Shown here one piece after another: positions 26,479-37,224 of a stretch of 64,000 nt of DNA. Under the pieces are notes generated by a model. It was given only the letters and a program-made list of their open reading frames with translations. It was not told where the DNA came from and made no database searches. The DNA is from Pseudomonadota bacterium (GTDB taxonomy: Bacteria; Bdellovibrionota_B; Oligoflexia; Oligoflexales; CAIYRB01). The translations under genes and the position numbers were made by a program. The number at the start of each line of letters is the position of its first letter. Positions within the stretch are counted from its first letter, which is position 1. The DNA lies in NCBI GenBank assembly GCA_026390435.1, contig JAPLFY010000040.1, forward strand, positions 40,223 through 104,222, written 5' to 3'.

Positions 26479-26886
26479 ATGACACACCGGAGTCCCCAAG
26501 AGATCCAAATCAAAAGTGACGGTCTAGAACTTCACGGCGCGCTCTTGCTAGCGGATCCCCTCGCGTCTTCGCTGGTGATATTCGCACATGGCAGCGGCAG
26601 TAGCCGTCATAGCCAACGAAATCAATTTGTCGCAAAAAAATTAGCCGACGCTGGTTTGAGCTCACTGCTTTTTGATCTGCTAACAGACGCGGAGGAGGAG
26701 ATTGATACGCGAACGCGACACTTACGCTTCGATATAGCGCTGCTTGCAAAACGGCTGATGTTAGCTACGCGCTGGGCACAATCACAGCCATCACTGAGCC
26801 AGCCTGGTTCTGCCGATATCTACGCCCAGCGCAAGAAGCTCTTGGCTGGTCTAAAACGCCAAAGGCTAGTAAAGTCGGAACTATAA
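26479..26886 (+). CDS. truncated dienelactone-hydrolase-like alpha/beta hydrolase (probable gene remnant)
   Basis: The N-terminal half VIFAHGSGSSRHSQRNQFVAKKLADAGLSSLLFDLLTDAEEE...LRFDIALLAKRL is present. The nucleophile-Ser region and C-terminal half expected in the roughly 220-aa family are absent. Confidence 0.5.
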   Translation: MTHRSPQEIQIKSDGLELHGALLLADPLASSLVIFAHGSGSSRHSQRNQFVAKKLADAGLSSLLFDLLTDAEEEIDTRTRHLRFDIALLAKRLMLATRWAQSQPSLSQPGSADIYAQRKKLLAGLKRQRLVKSEL

Positions 26887-26928
26887 ATTCGACCTCTACA
26901 TAAAATTTGAGAGCCTGGCGGAGCAAAT

Positions 26929-28350
26929 ATGCGCGTGGCAGTGGTGGGTGCCTCAGGATTTGTCGGCAAATCCTTGATTAACTATTTGCTTGATCACACG
27001 CGCCATGAAGTCGTGGCGTTAAGTCGAACGCCTTTAGTCGTGAATCACCCCGAGGCTCCGTCGCGCTACCGTGCAATTAGCTGCGATCTGCATAATCTGC
27101 TGCAGCTAGAGCAAGCTCTTGAAGAGATTGACGCGGCATTTTATCTGGTGCATTCGATGCTCCCAGGAGCCAGGTTAAATCAGGGAAGCTTCTCTGATTT
27201 TGATCTTAGTTTAGCCGACAATTTTGCTCGCACCGCACGCCTACGCGGCGTCAAACATGTCATTTATTTAAGCGGTCTAGTCCCAGCAGGAAAGACTATT
27301 TCGCAGCACTTAAAGAGTCGCCTCGAAGTAGAAACGACCTTGAGGTCCTACCTACCCAATGTGACATGCTTACGCACAGGAATGATTATTGGACCAAAGG
27401 GGTCGTCATTTACCATCTTGATACGGCTGGCACAGCGACTCCCGTTCATGGTGTGTCCAGGTTGGACGGCGAACCGCTGCCAAATCATAGTACTCGATGA
27501 CGTCGTTCGCTGCCTAAGCGCTTGCCTGGATCGCCCCGAACTCCAGGGCAAGACCTTCGACTTAGGCGCTAATCCGCCCGTCAGTTACCGCGGGATGATC
27601 GCGGACACGGCCAAACTTCTCGGCAAAAAACCGATCATGCTGAACTTCCCTTATTTCACAATCGGCTTAAGTAAACTCTGGGTACGCCTTGTGACCGGAG
27701 CACCCAAAGACCTGGTTTACCCGCTCATTAACAGCCTGAGTGAGTCGATGTTAGTGCGGCCAGACCACCAATGGCCTGACCGCGATCCACCATTTAAGGA
27801 TTTTCTTACCGCTGCCCGCGAGACATTGCCGGACGTGATCTCTTCTGGAGAAAAACCACACGCTTTTCGCGGCTTCAAGCCGGGAAAGGACGGTACCGTG
27901 CGTTCGATCCAGCGCTTACCACTGCCACAGGGAAGGCGGGCTGCATGGGTAGCACAGCAGTATTTGGCACGTCTGCCAAAAGTATTTCCACTATTGGTAA
28001 AAGTCCGAAATCAAGACGACCGAGTTTTGCTCCAACTAACTTTTTTACCCATTACCCTACTTGTACTGAAATATAGCCCCGAACGCAGCGCGCCCGATCG
28101 CCAACTATTTTATGTCCAGGGCGGATTACTATGTAGCAAAAAGAACCGACGTGGGCGACTAGAGCTGAGGGAAACATTAGGCGGTACGGCCTGCCTAGCA
28201 GCTGTCCATGACTTTCGTCCTGCATTACCTTGGATCATCTATAGATGGACACAGGCAGAAGTACATCGCTGGTTTATGTACCGACTAGCCCGCGCGATCC
28301 AAAAAGATGCCAATAAAAAAACGCTAGCTGAGCCAGCTAGCGCTTTTTAG
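26929..28350 (+). CDS. NAD(P)H-binding (NmrA/SDR-like) protein with a C-terminal DUF2867-like domain
   Basis: N-terminal Rossmann motif VAVVGASGFVGKSL. Its 473 aa include a long C-terminal extension, as in SDR-DUF2867 fusions. Confidence 0.65.
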   Translation: MRVAVVGASGFVGKSLINYLLDHTRHEVVALSRTPLVVNHPEAPSRYRAISCDLHNLLQLEQALEEIDAAFYLVHSMLPGARLNQGSFSDFDLSLADNFARTARLRGVKHVIYLSGLVPAGKTISQHLKSRLEVETTLRSYLPNVTCLRTGMIIGPKGSSFTILIRLAQRLPFMVCPGWTANRCQIIVLDDVVRCLSACLDRPELQGKTFDLGANPPVSYRGMIADTAKLLGKKPIMLNFPYFTIGLSKLWVRLVTGAPKDLVYPLINSLSESMLVRPDHQWPDRDPPFKDFLTAARETLPDVISSGEKPHAFRGFKPGKDGTVRSIQRLPLPQGRRAAWVAQQYLARLPKVFPLLVKVRNQDDRVLLQLTFLPITLLVLKYSPERSAPDRQLFYVQGGLLCSKKNRRGRLELRETLGGTACLAAVHDFRPALPWIIYRWTQAEVHRWFMYRLARAIQKDANKKTLAEPASAF

Positions 28351-28383
28351 AGTTCTCGAAGCCAGACTCAAACAGAAAGAGTA

Positions 28384-28938
28384 TTAGGTCTTCGCATCGG
28401 CTAGTGCCGTCTCAATAGCTTTGTTCAACTCAGCATCACCAGGAGCGACACCTGAGGAAAAGCGACCCACCACTTCGCCGCGGCGGTTCACGAGAAACTT
28501 CTCGAAATTCCACTTCACGTCGCCAGATTTCGCAGAGTTGGTGGTCAAGTATTTGTAGACTGGATGACGCTCGGGACCGTTAACGTGCGCCTTCTTGAAC
28601 ATAGGAAATTTGACGCCGTAATTCTTCTCACAGAACTTGGCAATCGATTCTCCCTCAAGATCTTCCTGATGAAAATCATCGCTCGGGAATCCCAGAACGA
28701 CAAGGCCGCGATCTTTGTAACTATCGTAAAGTTTTTGTAGGCCAGCGTACTGCGGTGTGTACCCGCAGCGTGAAGCTGTATTCACAACCAGCACAACTTT
28801 ACCGCTGTAACTTTTGAAAGGAACATTTTCGCCGCGAAGATTTTTAGCCTCTAATTCAGAAAATCCCTGCTTATCAGCTTTGGCCATAGCCAATGCACCG
28901 CCCAAGGAAAAAGATAGGAGGAAAGCCAGAAACCGCAT
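28384..28938 (-). CDS. glutathione peroxidase (Cys type), with signal peptide
   Basis: VNTASRCGYTPQY, LGFPSDDF and WNFEKFLV are the three GPx signature blocks. The N-terminus is hydrophobic. Confidence 0.9.
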   Translation of the reverse strand: MRFLAFLLSFSLGGALAMAKADKQGFSELEAKNLRGENVPFKSYSGKVVLVVNTASRCGYTPQYAGLQKLYDSYKDRGLVVLGFPSDDFHQEDLEGESIAKFCEKNYGVKFPMFKKAHVNGPERHPVYKYLTTNSAKSGDVKWNFEKFLVNRRGEVVGRFSSGVAPGDAELNKAIETALADAKT

Positions 28939-29072
28939 AAATTCTCCTTCAGAATCAAATCGCTATAATATCATACCATGCAATCTTATGTCGGAATCTT
29001 TAGTCGCGCCAGTCGCAAGCAACAGCTATGGTGCTCTTAAATAATTGACGGAAGCCTTTGGAGCCATCTCTC

Positions 29073-30056
29073 ATGAGTCAATCTCAACCACGCGCAGCCA
29101 TCATCGGAGCCGGGGTCTGCGGTTTGAATTGCGCACGGCATTTAAACCAGCACGGGTGGGACGTTGACGTCTATGACAAAGGTCGAGGCATCGGCGGCAG
29201 ATTAGCTGTCAAACGCATTGATGGCTTAGGTAGCGTTGATTTAGGCGCTCAGTTCATGACCGCATTGACGCCTGAATTTATCTCACTTGTGAAAGATGAG
29301 GAAAAGCTCGGGCGCGTTAGGCCCTGGGATGCCCGCATCGCATACATTCATTCAAAAGCGCAGGAGCACGCTAGCTCGCAAATCCGTTGGATCGGGACTC
29401 CCGGAATGAATGCCTGGTTGGAGTCGGTGTGGCCTCGCACGCAAATTAAATTCAATCAGCAAATTGATAAGATCACGCGGGGCTCAGATGGTCGCTGGAT
29501 CTTAGATGGGACTAATACTGCATCTTATGACTGCATCTTACTGGCTATGCCACCTAAGCAAGCGGCCGACCTCGCTCGAGACACACCTCTTGAGGAAGCG
29601 TTACGCGCGGTGCCGATGACCCCTTGCTGGGCTGCCTTGGCCCTATTTGATGAACCACTGCCTGTAGACTTTGATGCCGCGTTCATCCGAGTAGGCGGCC
29701 TCGATTGGATCGCAGCCAATCACACCAAACCTGGCCGCACCCTTCACCCTGCTGCCTGGACTCTTCATGCTGGAGCTGATCTTTCTAACGAACTACTCGA
29801 GAAGACTACTGAGCAGGTCGCTCCCCGACTGCTCAGCGCCCTAACCAAAGCACTGGGGACTAAGTTACCCAACGGCCACATCGCTCTAACGCATCGCTGG
29901 CGCTATGCGGCACCTACTACCGCCCAGCCTACCGGAGTCTTGTGGAACCCAGACTTGGGCCTTGGGGCCGGTGGCGACTGGGCTGTCGGTGGCCGAGTGG
30001 AGGGTGCATTCACGGCAGGCCGATTACTCGCAGAGGCCGTGGTGGCTACGCGCTGA
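29073..30056 (+). CDS. FAD/NAD(P)-dependent oxidoreductase (renalase/amine-oxidase-like)
   Basis: Dinucleotide-binding motif AIIGAGVCGL...DVYDKGRGIGGR. The ATG at 29073 has GGAG upstream. Confidence 0.7.
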   Translation: MSQSQPRAAIIGAGVCGLNCARHLNQHGWDVDVYDKGRGIGGRLAVKRIDGLGSVDLGAQFMTALTPEFISLVKDEEKLGRVRPWDARIAYIHSKAQEHASSQIRWIGTPGMNAWLESVWPRTQIKFNQQIDKITRGSDGRWILDGTNTASYDCILLAMPPKQAADLARDTPLEEALRAVPMTPCWAALALFDEPLPVDFDAAFIRVGGLDWIAANHTKPGRTLHPAAWTLHAGADLSNELLEKTTEQVAPRLLSALTKALGTKLPNGHIALTHRWRYAAPTTAQPTGVLWNPDLGLGAGGDWAVGGRVEGAFTAGRLLAEAVVATR

Positions 30057-30189
30057 CCTTGCACATCTGATAAATATTAATTATTTCATTTGGTTATAAA
30101 AAACCTGCAGGGGCTAGCGAAGAGTCTTAGATATTTCGATAAATTTGCGGTGAAAACTCCGTCACTTCCGGCTATAACCTGAGGCCCGT

Positions 30190-30279
<90 letters not shown>

Positions 30280-30409
30280 CCCCAAGTTTCCGAATTAATT
30301 CCAGAAATCCCCCCCTATAAATACCGCTTATGATGATGCTACGGCTGCAGAAAATCTGCTGTCCCGTAAGCTACTTAAGTTCAGCTGGCGTAAACTCCAC
30401 TAAATTGGT

Positions 30410-30476
30410 AGACATTTCCGCCAACGGAATTAATGTCTGAGAGTGGGTCTCTCTGAGAGTGAGCCTAGTGAGCCTA
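30410..30476 (+). promoter_or_regulatory. repeat-rich leader upstream of sufB (candidate operator region)
   Basis: It contains the inverted repeat AGACATTTCCG...CGGAATTAATGTCT (30410-30438), a direct repeat TCTGAGAGTG at 30436 and 30452, and a tandem GTGAGCCTA at 30459 and 30468. It ends 18 nt before the sufB ATG. Confidence 0.35.
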
Positions 30477-30493
30477 TCGACTTGGAGGTCAAC

Positions 30494-31939
30494 ATGACTT
30501 CGGACGCTGCGACGCAATCGTTCTCAAACCGCGAATATAAGTACGGCTTTGTCACCGATGTGGAAGCGGACGCTTTCCCTAAGGGACTGGATGAAGATGT
30601 CATCCGCCGACTTTCGCAAATTAAGAACGAGCCCGATTTTGTCCTCGAGTTCCGACTCAAGGCCTTTCGTTACTGGCAAAAGATGGAGGTACCGCAGTGG
30701 GCGCACGTCAACTACCCACCGATCGACTTCCAAGATATTCGCTATTATTCGGCGCCTAAAAAGAAAGCTCCTGGCCCCACGAGCCTCGACGAGGTCGACG
30801 CTGAAATTATCGACACCTTTAATCGCTTGGGCATCCCGCTCGCCGAGCAAAAACGCCTTACCGGCGTTGCTGTAGATGCTGTCTTTGATTCTGTCTCCGT
30901 AGCAACGACCCACAAAGAAGAACTATCCAAGCATGGGGTCATCTTCTGCTCTTTTTCCGAGGCCCTACGCGAACACACCGAGCTAGTGAAGCGCTGGCTC
31001 GGCAGTGTGGTCCCCTACAAAGACAACTACTACGCTGCACTTAACTCGGCAGTGTTCAGTGACGGTTCTTTTGTGTACATCCCGAAAGGCGTTAGGTGTC
31101 CGCTCGAATTATCGACGTATTTCCGTATCAACGCGGCAGAAACAGGTCAGTTTGAGCGCACCCTGATCATCGCGGAAGAAGGCAGCCACGTTAGCTACCT
31201 CGAAGGCTGCACAGCGCCGATGCGGGACGAAAATCAGTTACACGCAGCTGTCGTGGAACTGGTAGCTCTGGCCAATGCCGAGATCAAATATTCGACCGTC
31301 CAAAACTGGTACGCGGGCGACAAAGAGGGCAGAGGCGGCATCTATAATTTCGTCACCAAACGCGGCATCTGCTTAGGCGAAAGGTCGAAAATTTCCTGGA
31401 CTCAAGTTGAGACAGGCTCGGCCATCACCTGGAAATATCCCAGCGTGATCTTGCAAGGTGATTACTCAACTGGCGAATTTTATTCCGTCGCCTTAACCAA
31501 CAACAAGATGCAAGCCGACACCGGCACCAAGATGGTGCATATCGGTAAGAATACGACCAGTAAGATCATATCCAAGGGAATTTCGGCCGACGAATCGGTC
31601 AACAGCTACCGCGGCCAGGTAAAAATCCTGCCGTCAGCAACAAATGCGCGCAACTTCTCACAGTGTGATTCCATGTTGGTTGGCAATAAATGCAGTGCCA
31701 ACACTTTTCCATATATAGAAGTGAAGAACCCCACCGCACGCGTCGAGCATGAGGCTAGCACCTCCAAGATCAGTGCTGAGCAGGTCTTCTACTTAAAGTC
31801 CCGTGGTCTTGATGATGAAGCAGCGATTAGCTTGCTGCTGAATGGTTTCTGCAAAGAGGTATTCAAAGAATTGCCTCTGGAGTTTTCTGTTGAGGCAGTG
31901 CGCCTGCTCGAAATGAAGCTCGAAGGGAGCGTTGGTTAA
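30494..31939 (+). CDS. sufB: Fe-S cluster assembly scaffold SufB
   Basis: Typical SufB blocks are present ([64 protein letters not shown]). The ATG at 30494 has GGAGG 5 nt upstream. Confidence 0.93.
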   Translation: MTSDAATQSFSNREYKYGFVTDVEADAFPKGLDEDVIRRLSQIKNEPDFVLEFRLKAFRYWQKMEVPQWAHVNYPPIDFQDIRYYSAPKKKAPGPTSLDEVDAEIIDTFNRLGIPLAEQKRLTGVAVDAVFDSVSVATTHKEELSKHGVIFCSFSEALREHTELVKRWLGSVVPYKDNYYAALNSAVFSDGSFVYIPKGVRCPLELSTYFRINAAETGQFERTLIIAEEGSHVSYLEGCTAPMRDENQLHAAVVELVALANAEIKYSTVQNWYAGDKEGRGGIYNFVTKRGICLGERSKISWTQVETGSAITWKYPSVILQGDYSTGEFYSVALTNNKMQADTGTKMVHIGKNTTSKIISKGISADESVNSYRGQVKILPSATNARNFSQCDSMLVGNKCSANTFPYIEVKNPTARVEHEASTSKISAEQVFYLKSRGLDDEAAISLLLNGFCKEVFKELPLEFSVEAVRLLEMKLEGSVG

Positions 31940-31940
31940 T

Positions 31941-32693
31941 ATGTTAGAGATTCGTGATTTAAAAGTCGAAGTAGACGAGAAGAGCATTCTAAAGGGACTC
32001 AACCTAACGGTTAAAGAGGGCGAAGTACATGCCATCATGGGTCCTAATGGATCTGGCAAAAGCACCTTGTCGAAAGTCATCGCTGGCCATCCAGACTATA
32101 AAGTCAGCGGTGGTGAGCTAGCTTACGAGGTCAACTTCAAAAAGAAGAATCTTCTCGATTTAAGTCCAGACGAACGTGCTCGCGAAGGCATCTTCCTCGC
32201 CTATCAATATCCAGTGGAAGTGCCTGGCGTTAACAATGCCGAATTCCTGCGCGCCGCCTTCAATGCTGCCGTCCGCCACCAAGGCGGCGAAGAGATGGAC
32301 CCACTCGATTTTGATACATATTTACGAGAAAAAGTCCGCTATCTCGGCATGAATGAGAAGTTCATCGAGAGGCAACTCAACGTCGATTTCTCCGGTGGAG
32401 AAAAGAAACGCAACGAGATCCTCCAGATGGCGATCCTCTCCCCGCGCCTATCGATCCTCGACGAGACCGATTCTGGCCTCGACGTTGACTCGCTGCGCTT
32501 GGTGTCCGAGGGCGTCAACAAGCTACGGACTGAGAACAACGCACTCATACTCATCACTCACTATCAGCGTATCCTCAACTACATTGTGCCAGACTATGTG
32601 CACGTACTAGCCGGTGGCCGCATTATCAAGAGCGGCGATAAAAACCTGGCACTGGAGATTGAGGAACGCGGTTACGACTGGCTGCTGCAATAA
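31941..32693 (+). CDS. sufC: Fe-S cluster assembly ATPase SufC
   Basis: Walker A GPNGSGKST, the ABC signature FSGGEKKR, Walker B ILDETDSGLD, and the H-loop ITHY. Confidence 0.95.
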   Translation: MLEIRDLKVEVDEKSILKGLNLTVKEGEVHAIMGPNGSGKSTLSKVIAGHPDYKVSGGELAYEVNFKKKNLLDLSPDERAREGIFLAYQYPVEVPGVNNAEFLRAAFNAAVRHQGGEEMDPLDFDTYLREKVRYLGMNEKFIERQLNVDFSGGEKKRNEILQMAILSPRLSILDETDSGLDVDSLRLVSEGVNKLRTENNALILITHYQRILNYIVPDYVHVLAGGRIIKSGDKNLALEIEERGYDWLLQ

Positions 32694-32700
32694 GAAGGTG

Positions 32701-34011
32701 ATGTCATCGATGCAAAAGCAATCTGATCCACGCAATCCATTTGCCAATGCCTTCGCTGCCTGGCAAGCGCAGCGTCAGGATCCAACCTGGGTTTCTGAAC
32801 TGCGTCAGGACGCTTTCACAGCCTTTGACTCGTCGGGTCTACCGACTCGTCGGGATGAAGAGTGGAAATATACGAGCCTGCGCCCTGTCAGTGACATCAA
32901 CTACAGTCTTGCAGCAGTGCTCGCTGATTCCGCCACAGTTCGTGAGGCTATCTCCGACTACATCGTTAGTGACGAAACGGTGCTGGTATTCGTCAACGGA
33001 CAGCCATCTCTAAGCAACAGCAACATCGACCACAAGCAACCAGGTCTTACGTTGACGAGCTTAACCGACGCCCTTTCGAGCCATGGCGACTACTTGCGCC
33101 CTCGCTTGCAACAGAGCTTGATGGCAGCGCAGCCATTTACGCGACTTAACGCTGCTTTTCTCGGTAACGGCACCCTCCTTGAACTTGCGCCAAACACCGT
33201 TTGCGAACGTCCGCTCCACATCTTGCATGTGAGTACGTCTGAGGCGCATGATACGGCACAGGCTCCGCGACACTTTTTAGTCTTAGGCGAGGGCAGTGAG
33301 CTCAAACTCACCGAGACCTTTGTAAGCGCAGCCGGACAAACGCGCTCCTTCACAAATAGTCATACAGACATACAGATCGCTCCCGGAGCAAGACTTCAAT
33401 ACAGCCGTATAGACCTTCAGGGCGAATCGGCATTGCATGTAGGCAGAGGCCGAATTGAGCTCGGTCGAAATGCAAGTCTAGACTCATTCTGTTACAGCGC
33501 CGGCGGTCGTCTCAGTCGTTACGATCTCGATGTAGTGCTGGCAGGTGAAGGAGCCGATGCTGAACTAAACGGCCTTTATTTGACTAAGGCTGGTCAAGTG
33601 GTTGACCATCACACCACCGTCCACCACTTGGTGCCAAATGCCACGAGCCGCCAGCTGTACAAAGGAATCCTCGACGGTGATAGCAGAGCTGTATTCAACG
33701 GCAAGGTGGTCGTAACTAGAGAGGCTCAAGGCACGAACGCACAACAGCTGAACAGGAATCTTTTACTCAGCGCTGACGCTGAGATCGACACCAAGCCCGA
33801 GCTGATGATCGACGCCGATGATGTGAAGTGCTCCCACGGTGCCAGTATCGGCCAGCTAGACGAAGATCAAATTTTTTATCTCCGCAGCAGGGGATTAACC
33901 ACTCTTGAAGCTCGCAAACTGCTGACGACAGCTTTTGCTGATGATGTCTTGCTGAAAGCGCCTCACGTCAGAAAGCGACTACGCTCAAGAACGATGGGGT
34001 ACTTTACATGA
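32701..34011 (+). CDS. sufD: Fe-S cluster assembly protein SufD
   Basis: The position between sufC and sufS fits, and the C-terminal beta-helix motifs ([35 protein letters not shown]) are SufD-like. The ATG at 32701 follows the sufC stop. Confidence 0.9.
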   Translation: MSSMQKQSDPRNPFANAFAAWQAQRQDPTWVSELRQDAFTAFDSSGLPTRRDEEWKYTSLRPVSDINYSLAAVLADSATVREAISDYIVSDETVLVFVNGQPSLSNSNIDHKQPGLTLTSLTDALSSHGDYLRPRLQQSLMAAQPFTRLNAAFLGNGTLLELAPNTVCERPLHILHVSTSEAHDTAQAPRHFLVLGEGSELKLTETFVSAAGQTRSFTNSHTDIQIAPGARLQYSRIDLQGESALHVGRGRIELGRNASLDSFCYSAGGRLSRYDLDVVLAGEGADAELNGLYLTKAGQVVDHHTTVHHLVPNATSRQLYKGILDGDSRAVFNGKVVVTREAQGTNAQQLNRNLLLSADAEIDTKPELMIDADDVKCSHGASIGQLDEDQIFYLRSRGLTTLEARKLLTTAFADDVLLKAPHVRKRLRSRTMGYFT

Positions 34012-35243
34012 CTGCAGCATCCACACAAAAACTAGCGGTTGAGGAAATCCGTAAGGATTTCCCCATTCTCTCAACCACTGCGCGTGGTCGTCCCCTGGTT
34101 TACCTAGATAACGCCGCGACCACTCTAAAGCCCAAATCTGTTGTGGAGGCGGTCCAACGCCACTTGCTACTCGGCGCATCTAATGTGCACCGCGGGGTAC
34201 ACTACCTAAGTGAAAAGGCTACCGCAGACTTTGAAGCATCGCGGGAAAAGGTGCGTAGCTTTATCAATGCCAGAGAAAAGGCGGAGATTATTTTCACAGC
34301 TGGCACCACCGCCGGTATTAATCTTGTCGCTCACAGCTACGGTTCCCTGCTGAAAGCGGGCGACGAGATCATCATCAGCGCCATGGAGCATCACTCTAAT
34401 ATTGTGCCTTGGCAGATGCTTTGTGAACGCCAAGGGCTAACACTCCGAGTAGTGCCGGTAAATGATCGCGGCGAGCTTGACCTCACCGCGCTAGAGCAAC
34501 TCATCAACCAGAAGACGCGGCTAGTTGCGATTGTTGCGGTGTCGAACGCTCTAGGTACGATCAATCCGATCAAACATATCATCGATCTGGCCCACAGCCA
34601 CGACGTGCCCGTATTGCTTGATGCTGCACAAGCAGTGGCACACATTCCGTTAGACGTTCAGACTCTGGATGTCGACTTTCTCGTATTCTCGTCGCACAAA
34701 CTCTTTGGCCCAACAGGCTTAGGCGTTCTTTACGGACGTCGCGAGTTACTGGACCGAATGCCGCCATTTTTAGGTGGCGGCGACATGATCAGGTCTGTCA
34801 CTTTTGCTAAAACTACTTATGCTGAACTGCCAGCAAAGTTTGAGGCTGGGACTCCCCATATTGCAGGTGTGATCGGTCTAGGCGCGGCGATTGACTATGT
34901 CAATCACGTCGGTCTAGCTGCTATTGCCGCGGCGGAAGACGAACTGCTACATTACGGTAAGCGCTGTTTAAGCGAGATTCCGGGCCTACGTATGATCGGC
35001 ACCGCCGAGCACAAGACCAGCATCTTCGGATTCGTACTGGATGATATCCATCCGCACGATATAGGCACTCTGCTAGATCAAGAAGGGATCGCAATCCGAG
35101 CTGGCCATCATTGCACACAGCCGCTCATGGACCGTTTCGGTGTACCTGCAACAGCTAGAGCCAGTTTGGCTTTCTATAATACAAAAAGTGAAATCGACTC
35201 TTTGGTGCAAGCAATCCTCAAAGTGCAGAGGTTATTTGCATGA
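34008..35243 (+). CDS. sufS: cysteine desulfurase SufS (group II)
   Basis: PLP-Lys motif [17 protein letters not shown] and the catalytic Cys loop [10 protein letters not shown]. It overlaps sufD by 4 nt. Confidence 0.93.
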   Translation: MTAASTQKLAVEEIRKDFPILSTTARGRPLVYLDNAATTLKPKSVVEAVQRHLLLGASNVHRGVHYLSEKATADFEASREKVRSFINAREKAEIIFTAGTTAGINLVAHSYGSLLKAGDEIIISAMEHHSNIVPWQMLCERQGLTLRVVPVNDRGELDLTALEQLINQKTRLVAIVAVSNALGTINPIKHIIDLAHSHDVPVLLDAAQAVAHIPLDVQTLDVDFLVFSSHKLFGPTGLGVLYGRRELLDRMPPFLGGGDMIRSVTFAKTTYAELPAKFEAGTPHIAGVIGLGAAIDYVNHVGLAAIAAAEDELLHYGKRCLSEIPGLRMIGTAEHKTSIFGFVLDDIHPHDIGTLLDQEGIAIRAGHHCTQPLMDRFGVPATARASLAFYNTKSEIDSLVQAILKVQRLFA

Positions 35244-35704
35244 CATCACAAGTAGATCTTTACCAGCAGGTCATCCTCGACCACAACAAAAAGCCTCGTA
35301 ATTTCAAAAAGTTAGAAAGCCACACCCATGCTGCCGAAGGGTTCAACCCTCTGTGTGGCGATCACCTTTGGGTTTACCTGCAGATCGCTAAAAGCCCCGA
35401 TGGTGCCGACGTGATTCACGAGGCGGCGTTCGAAGGTAGCGGCTGCGCCATTTGTAAAGCTTCGGCATCAATGATGACCATGGCGCTTAAAGGGCAATCA
35501 CCGGGCACAGCTAAAACCCTCTTTAGTGAATTTCAAAGTCTGCTCAAGGGCGAGCTAAATCCCGACACAGAAGCTCACAGCCTTGGAAAGCTCAAAATAT
35601 TCTCGGGGATCTGGCAGTACCCAGCACGGGTAAAATGCGCTGCTTTAGCCTGGCATGCTCTCAACGGAGCGCTCAGCAATCAGCAGACAGTTTCTACTGA
35701 GTGA
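35240..35704 (+). CDS. sufU: zinc-dependent sulfurtransferase SufU (IscU-like)
   Basis: [20 protein letters not shown] and RVKCAALAW carry the three Cys ligands plus the SufU-type insertion. Confidence 0.88.
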   Translation: MTSQVDLYQQVILDHNKKPRNFKKLESHTHAAEGFNPLCGDHLWVYLQIAKSPDGADVIHEAAFEGSGCAICKASASMMTMALKGQSPGTAKTLFSEFQSLLKGELNPDTEAHSLGKLKIFSGIWQYPARVKCAALAWHALNGALSNQQTVSTE

Positions 35705-35712
35705 GGTCACAC

Positions 35713-36285
35713 ATGATAGAACTAGCAACTAATCTGCAGCTTCGTACGCAAAAAACGCCAAATCCAAATGCATGGAAGTTTATCCTTAGCGTCGATATCA
35801 AGCGCGACGGGAAGATTTCCTACACGGAAACTCGTGAATGTGAGCACGTGCCACTTGCGACCTCGCTCCTTCGACTAGCTAATGTTACGCAGGTCCATCT
35901 TTTTGAGAATGTGATCACGGTAACGCAAAATGGCGCCTCAGATTGGGCAGCGCTGAGCCAAAGCGTCGAAGACGTCATCCGCAGAACTCTACCCGAGCAC
36001 GACCCAGATTTTGCTGAGTCTATGGCTAAACCCAAACGAGTAGAGCGAACCGCGCTACCTCTCGATATTCAGCAACTAGAAGAAATACTGGACCGAACCA
36101 TCCGCCCAGGTCTGCAGGCCGACGGTGGTGATATCGAGATTTTGGAACTCGATGGCAATATCCTAACCGTGCGCTATCAAGGTGCCTGTGGTGGCTGTCC
36201 TAGCGCGATGATGGGCACTCTCCAGGGAATTGAAAGTATTTTACGCAGCGAATTTAATCCATATTTGGAGGTCGTGGCGATATGA
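35713..36285 (+). CDS. Nfu-type Fe-S carrier (Nfu_N domain plus NifU C-terminal domain)
   Basis: The C-terminal domain IRPGLQADGGDIEILELDGNILTVRYQGACGGCPSAMMGTLQGIE contains the CxxC motif. The ATG at 35713 has GAGGT upstream. Confidence 0.85.
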   Translation: MIELATNLQLRTQKTPNPNAWKFILSVDIKRDGKISYTETRECEHVPLATSLLRLANVTQVHLFENVITVTQNGASDWAALSQSVEDVIRRTLPEHDPDFAESMAKPKRVERTALPLDIQQLEEILDRTIRPGLQADGGDIEILELDGNILTVRYQGACGGCPSAMMGTLQGIESILRSEFNPYLEVVAI

Positions 36286-36701
36286 GCCAGCTACAATCAG
36301 TCGTCATCAGCACTAAAGCCGATGGCAGTTGGCAGGCAGTCCATGTTCCCTCGGGTAAAACGAGCCATGGTTTGACCAAAGTAGAGGCCGAGGACAGCAT
36401 GCGCGAGCTCCTCGGCATGACCGAAGAAGGCAGCTTTCAGGAGCCGTTAACCAGCGATCGCTTCTCGGGGCTGGCGGCAGATATTGCTCTCTTTCTCGAG
36501 GGTCAAGTGTCGGAAATGTTGGCACTCCACTCGGGTTTCGCCCGCTTGGAGGCTTTTGATAGCGGCATCGCCCACATTCGCCTCGGTGGTGGCTGCCAGG
36601 GATGTCCGTCCTCGACCATGACTCTACTCAACGGCGTGCAGCAGCAACTGCAGGAACGTTTCGGCGAGGAAAGCATCGTCGACATAGTGCCCGTGTTGTA
36701 A
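36282..36701 (+). CDS. NifU C-terminal-domain protein with an atypical about 45-aa N-terminal module
   Basis: The C-terminal IAHIRLGGGCQGCPSSTMTLLNGVQQQLQERFGE has the NifU_C CxxC motif. The N-terminal DGSWQAVHVPSGKTSHGLTKVEAEDSMRELL resembles the HicB/UPF0150 fold pattern. It overlaps the upstream gene by 4 nt. Confidence 0.7.
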   Translation: MSQLQSVVISTKADGSWQAVHVPSGKTSHGLTKVEAEDSMRELLGMTEEGSFQEPLTSDRFSGLAADIALFLEGQVSEMLALHSGFARLEAFDSGIAHIRLGGGCQGCPSSTMTLLNGVQQQLQERFGEESIVDIVPVL

Positions 36702-36725
36702 CTAACTAGAGGCAAGATCACTCTT

Positions 36726-37220
36726 ATGAATATCACCTCGAAAAGTCGCTATGCACTCAAGATCATGATGGATCTCTGTGGGCACTGGGCCGCCGACGAC
36801 AACCAGTTGATCCAGCGCGGAGATATTGCCGCGAGGCAGGGCATCCCCCTAGACTACATGGATCACATCCTTAGCCGCTTGCGTGAGGCCGGGCTGATCG
36901 CGAGTACACGCGGCCGCAGTGGGGGCTATCGCCTGGCGCAGCTCCCCATGGAGCTGACCGTGCTGGCTATTTTCACGGCTGTTGAAGACAATTTTGAGCC
37001 AGTCCAATGCCTAGAAGGCGGGACATCTTGCATGGCCGAGCATGTCTGCAGCTCAAAGGATGCCTGGGGTGTGATTTCCAGCGCGATTCGTGCCGCACTT
37101 TCTGGCATTATACTAGAAGACCTCGTTCATCAGCGGGGGATCGCCAGGGGACTTGAGTTTTTGACAATGACTCCCCAGGAATGTCGAGCGCCAAAACGCC
37201 GCGCAGGAGGCACGAACTAG
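36726..37220 (+). CDS. Rrf2-family transcriptional regulator (IscR-like, three-Cys cluster ligands)
   Basis: N-terminal wHTH ([13 protein letters not shown]...[38 protein letters not shown]) and [14 protein letters not shown] (C-x6-C-x5-C). Confidence 0.85.
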   Translation: MNITSKSRYALKIMMDLCGHWAADDNQLIQRGDIAARQGIPLDYMDHILSRLREAGLIASTRGRSGGYRLAQLPMELTVLAIFTAVEDNFEPVQCLEGGTSCMAEHVCSSKDAWGVISSAIRAALSGIILEDLVHQRGIARGLEFLTMTPQECRAPKRRAGGTN

Positions 37221-37224
37221 TACT

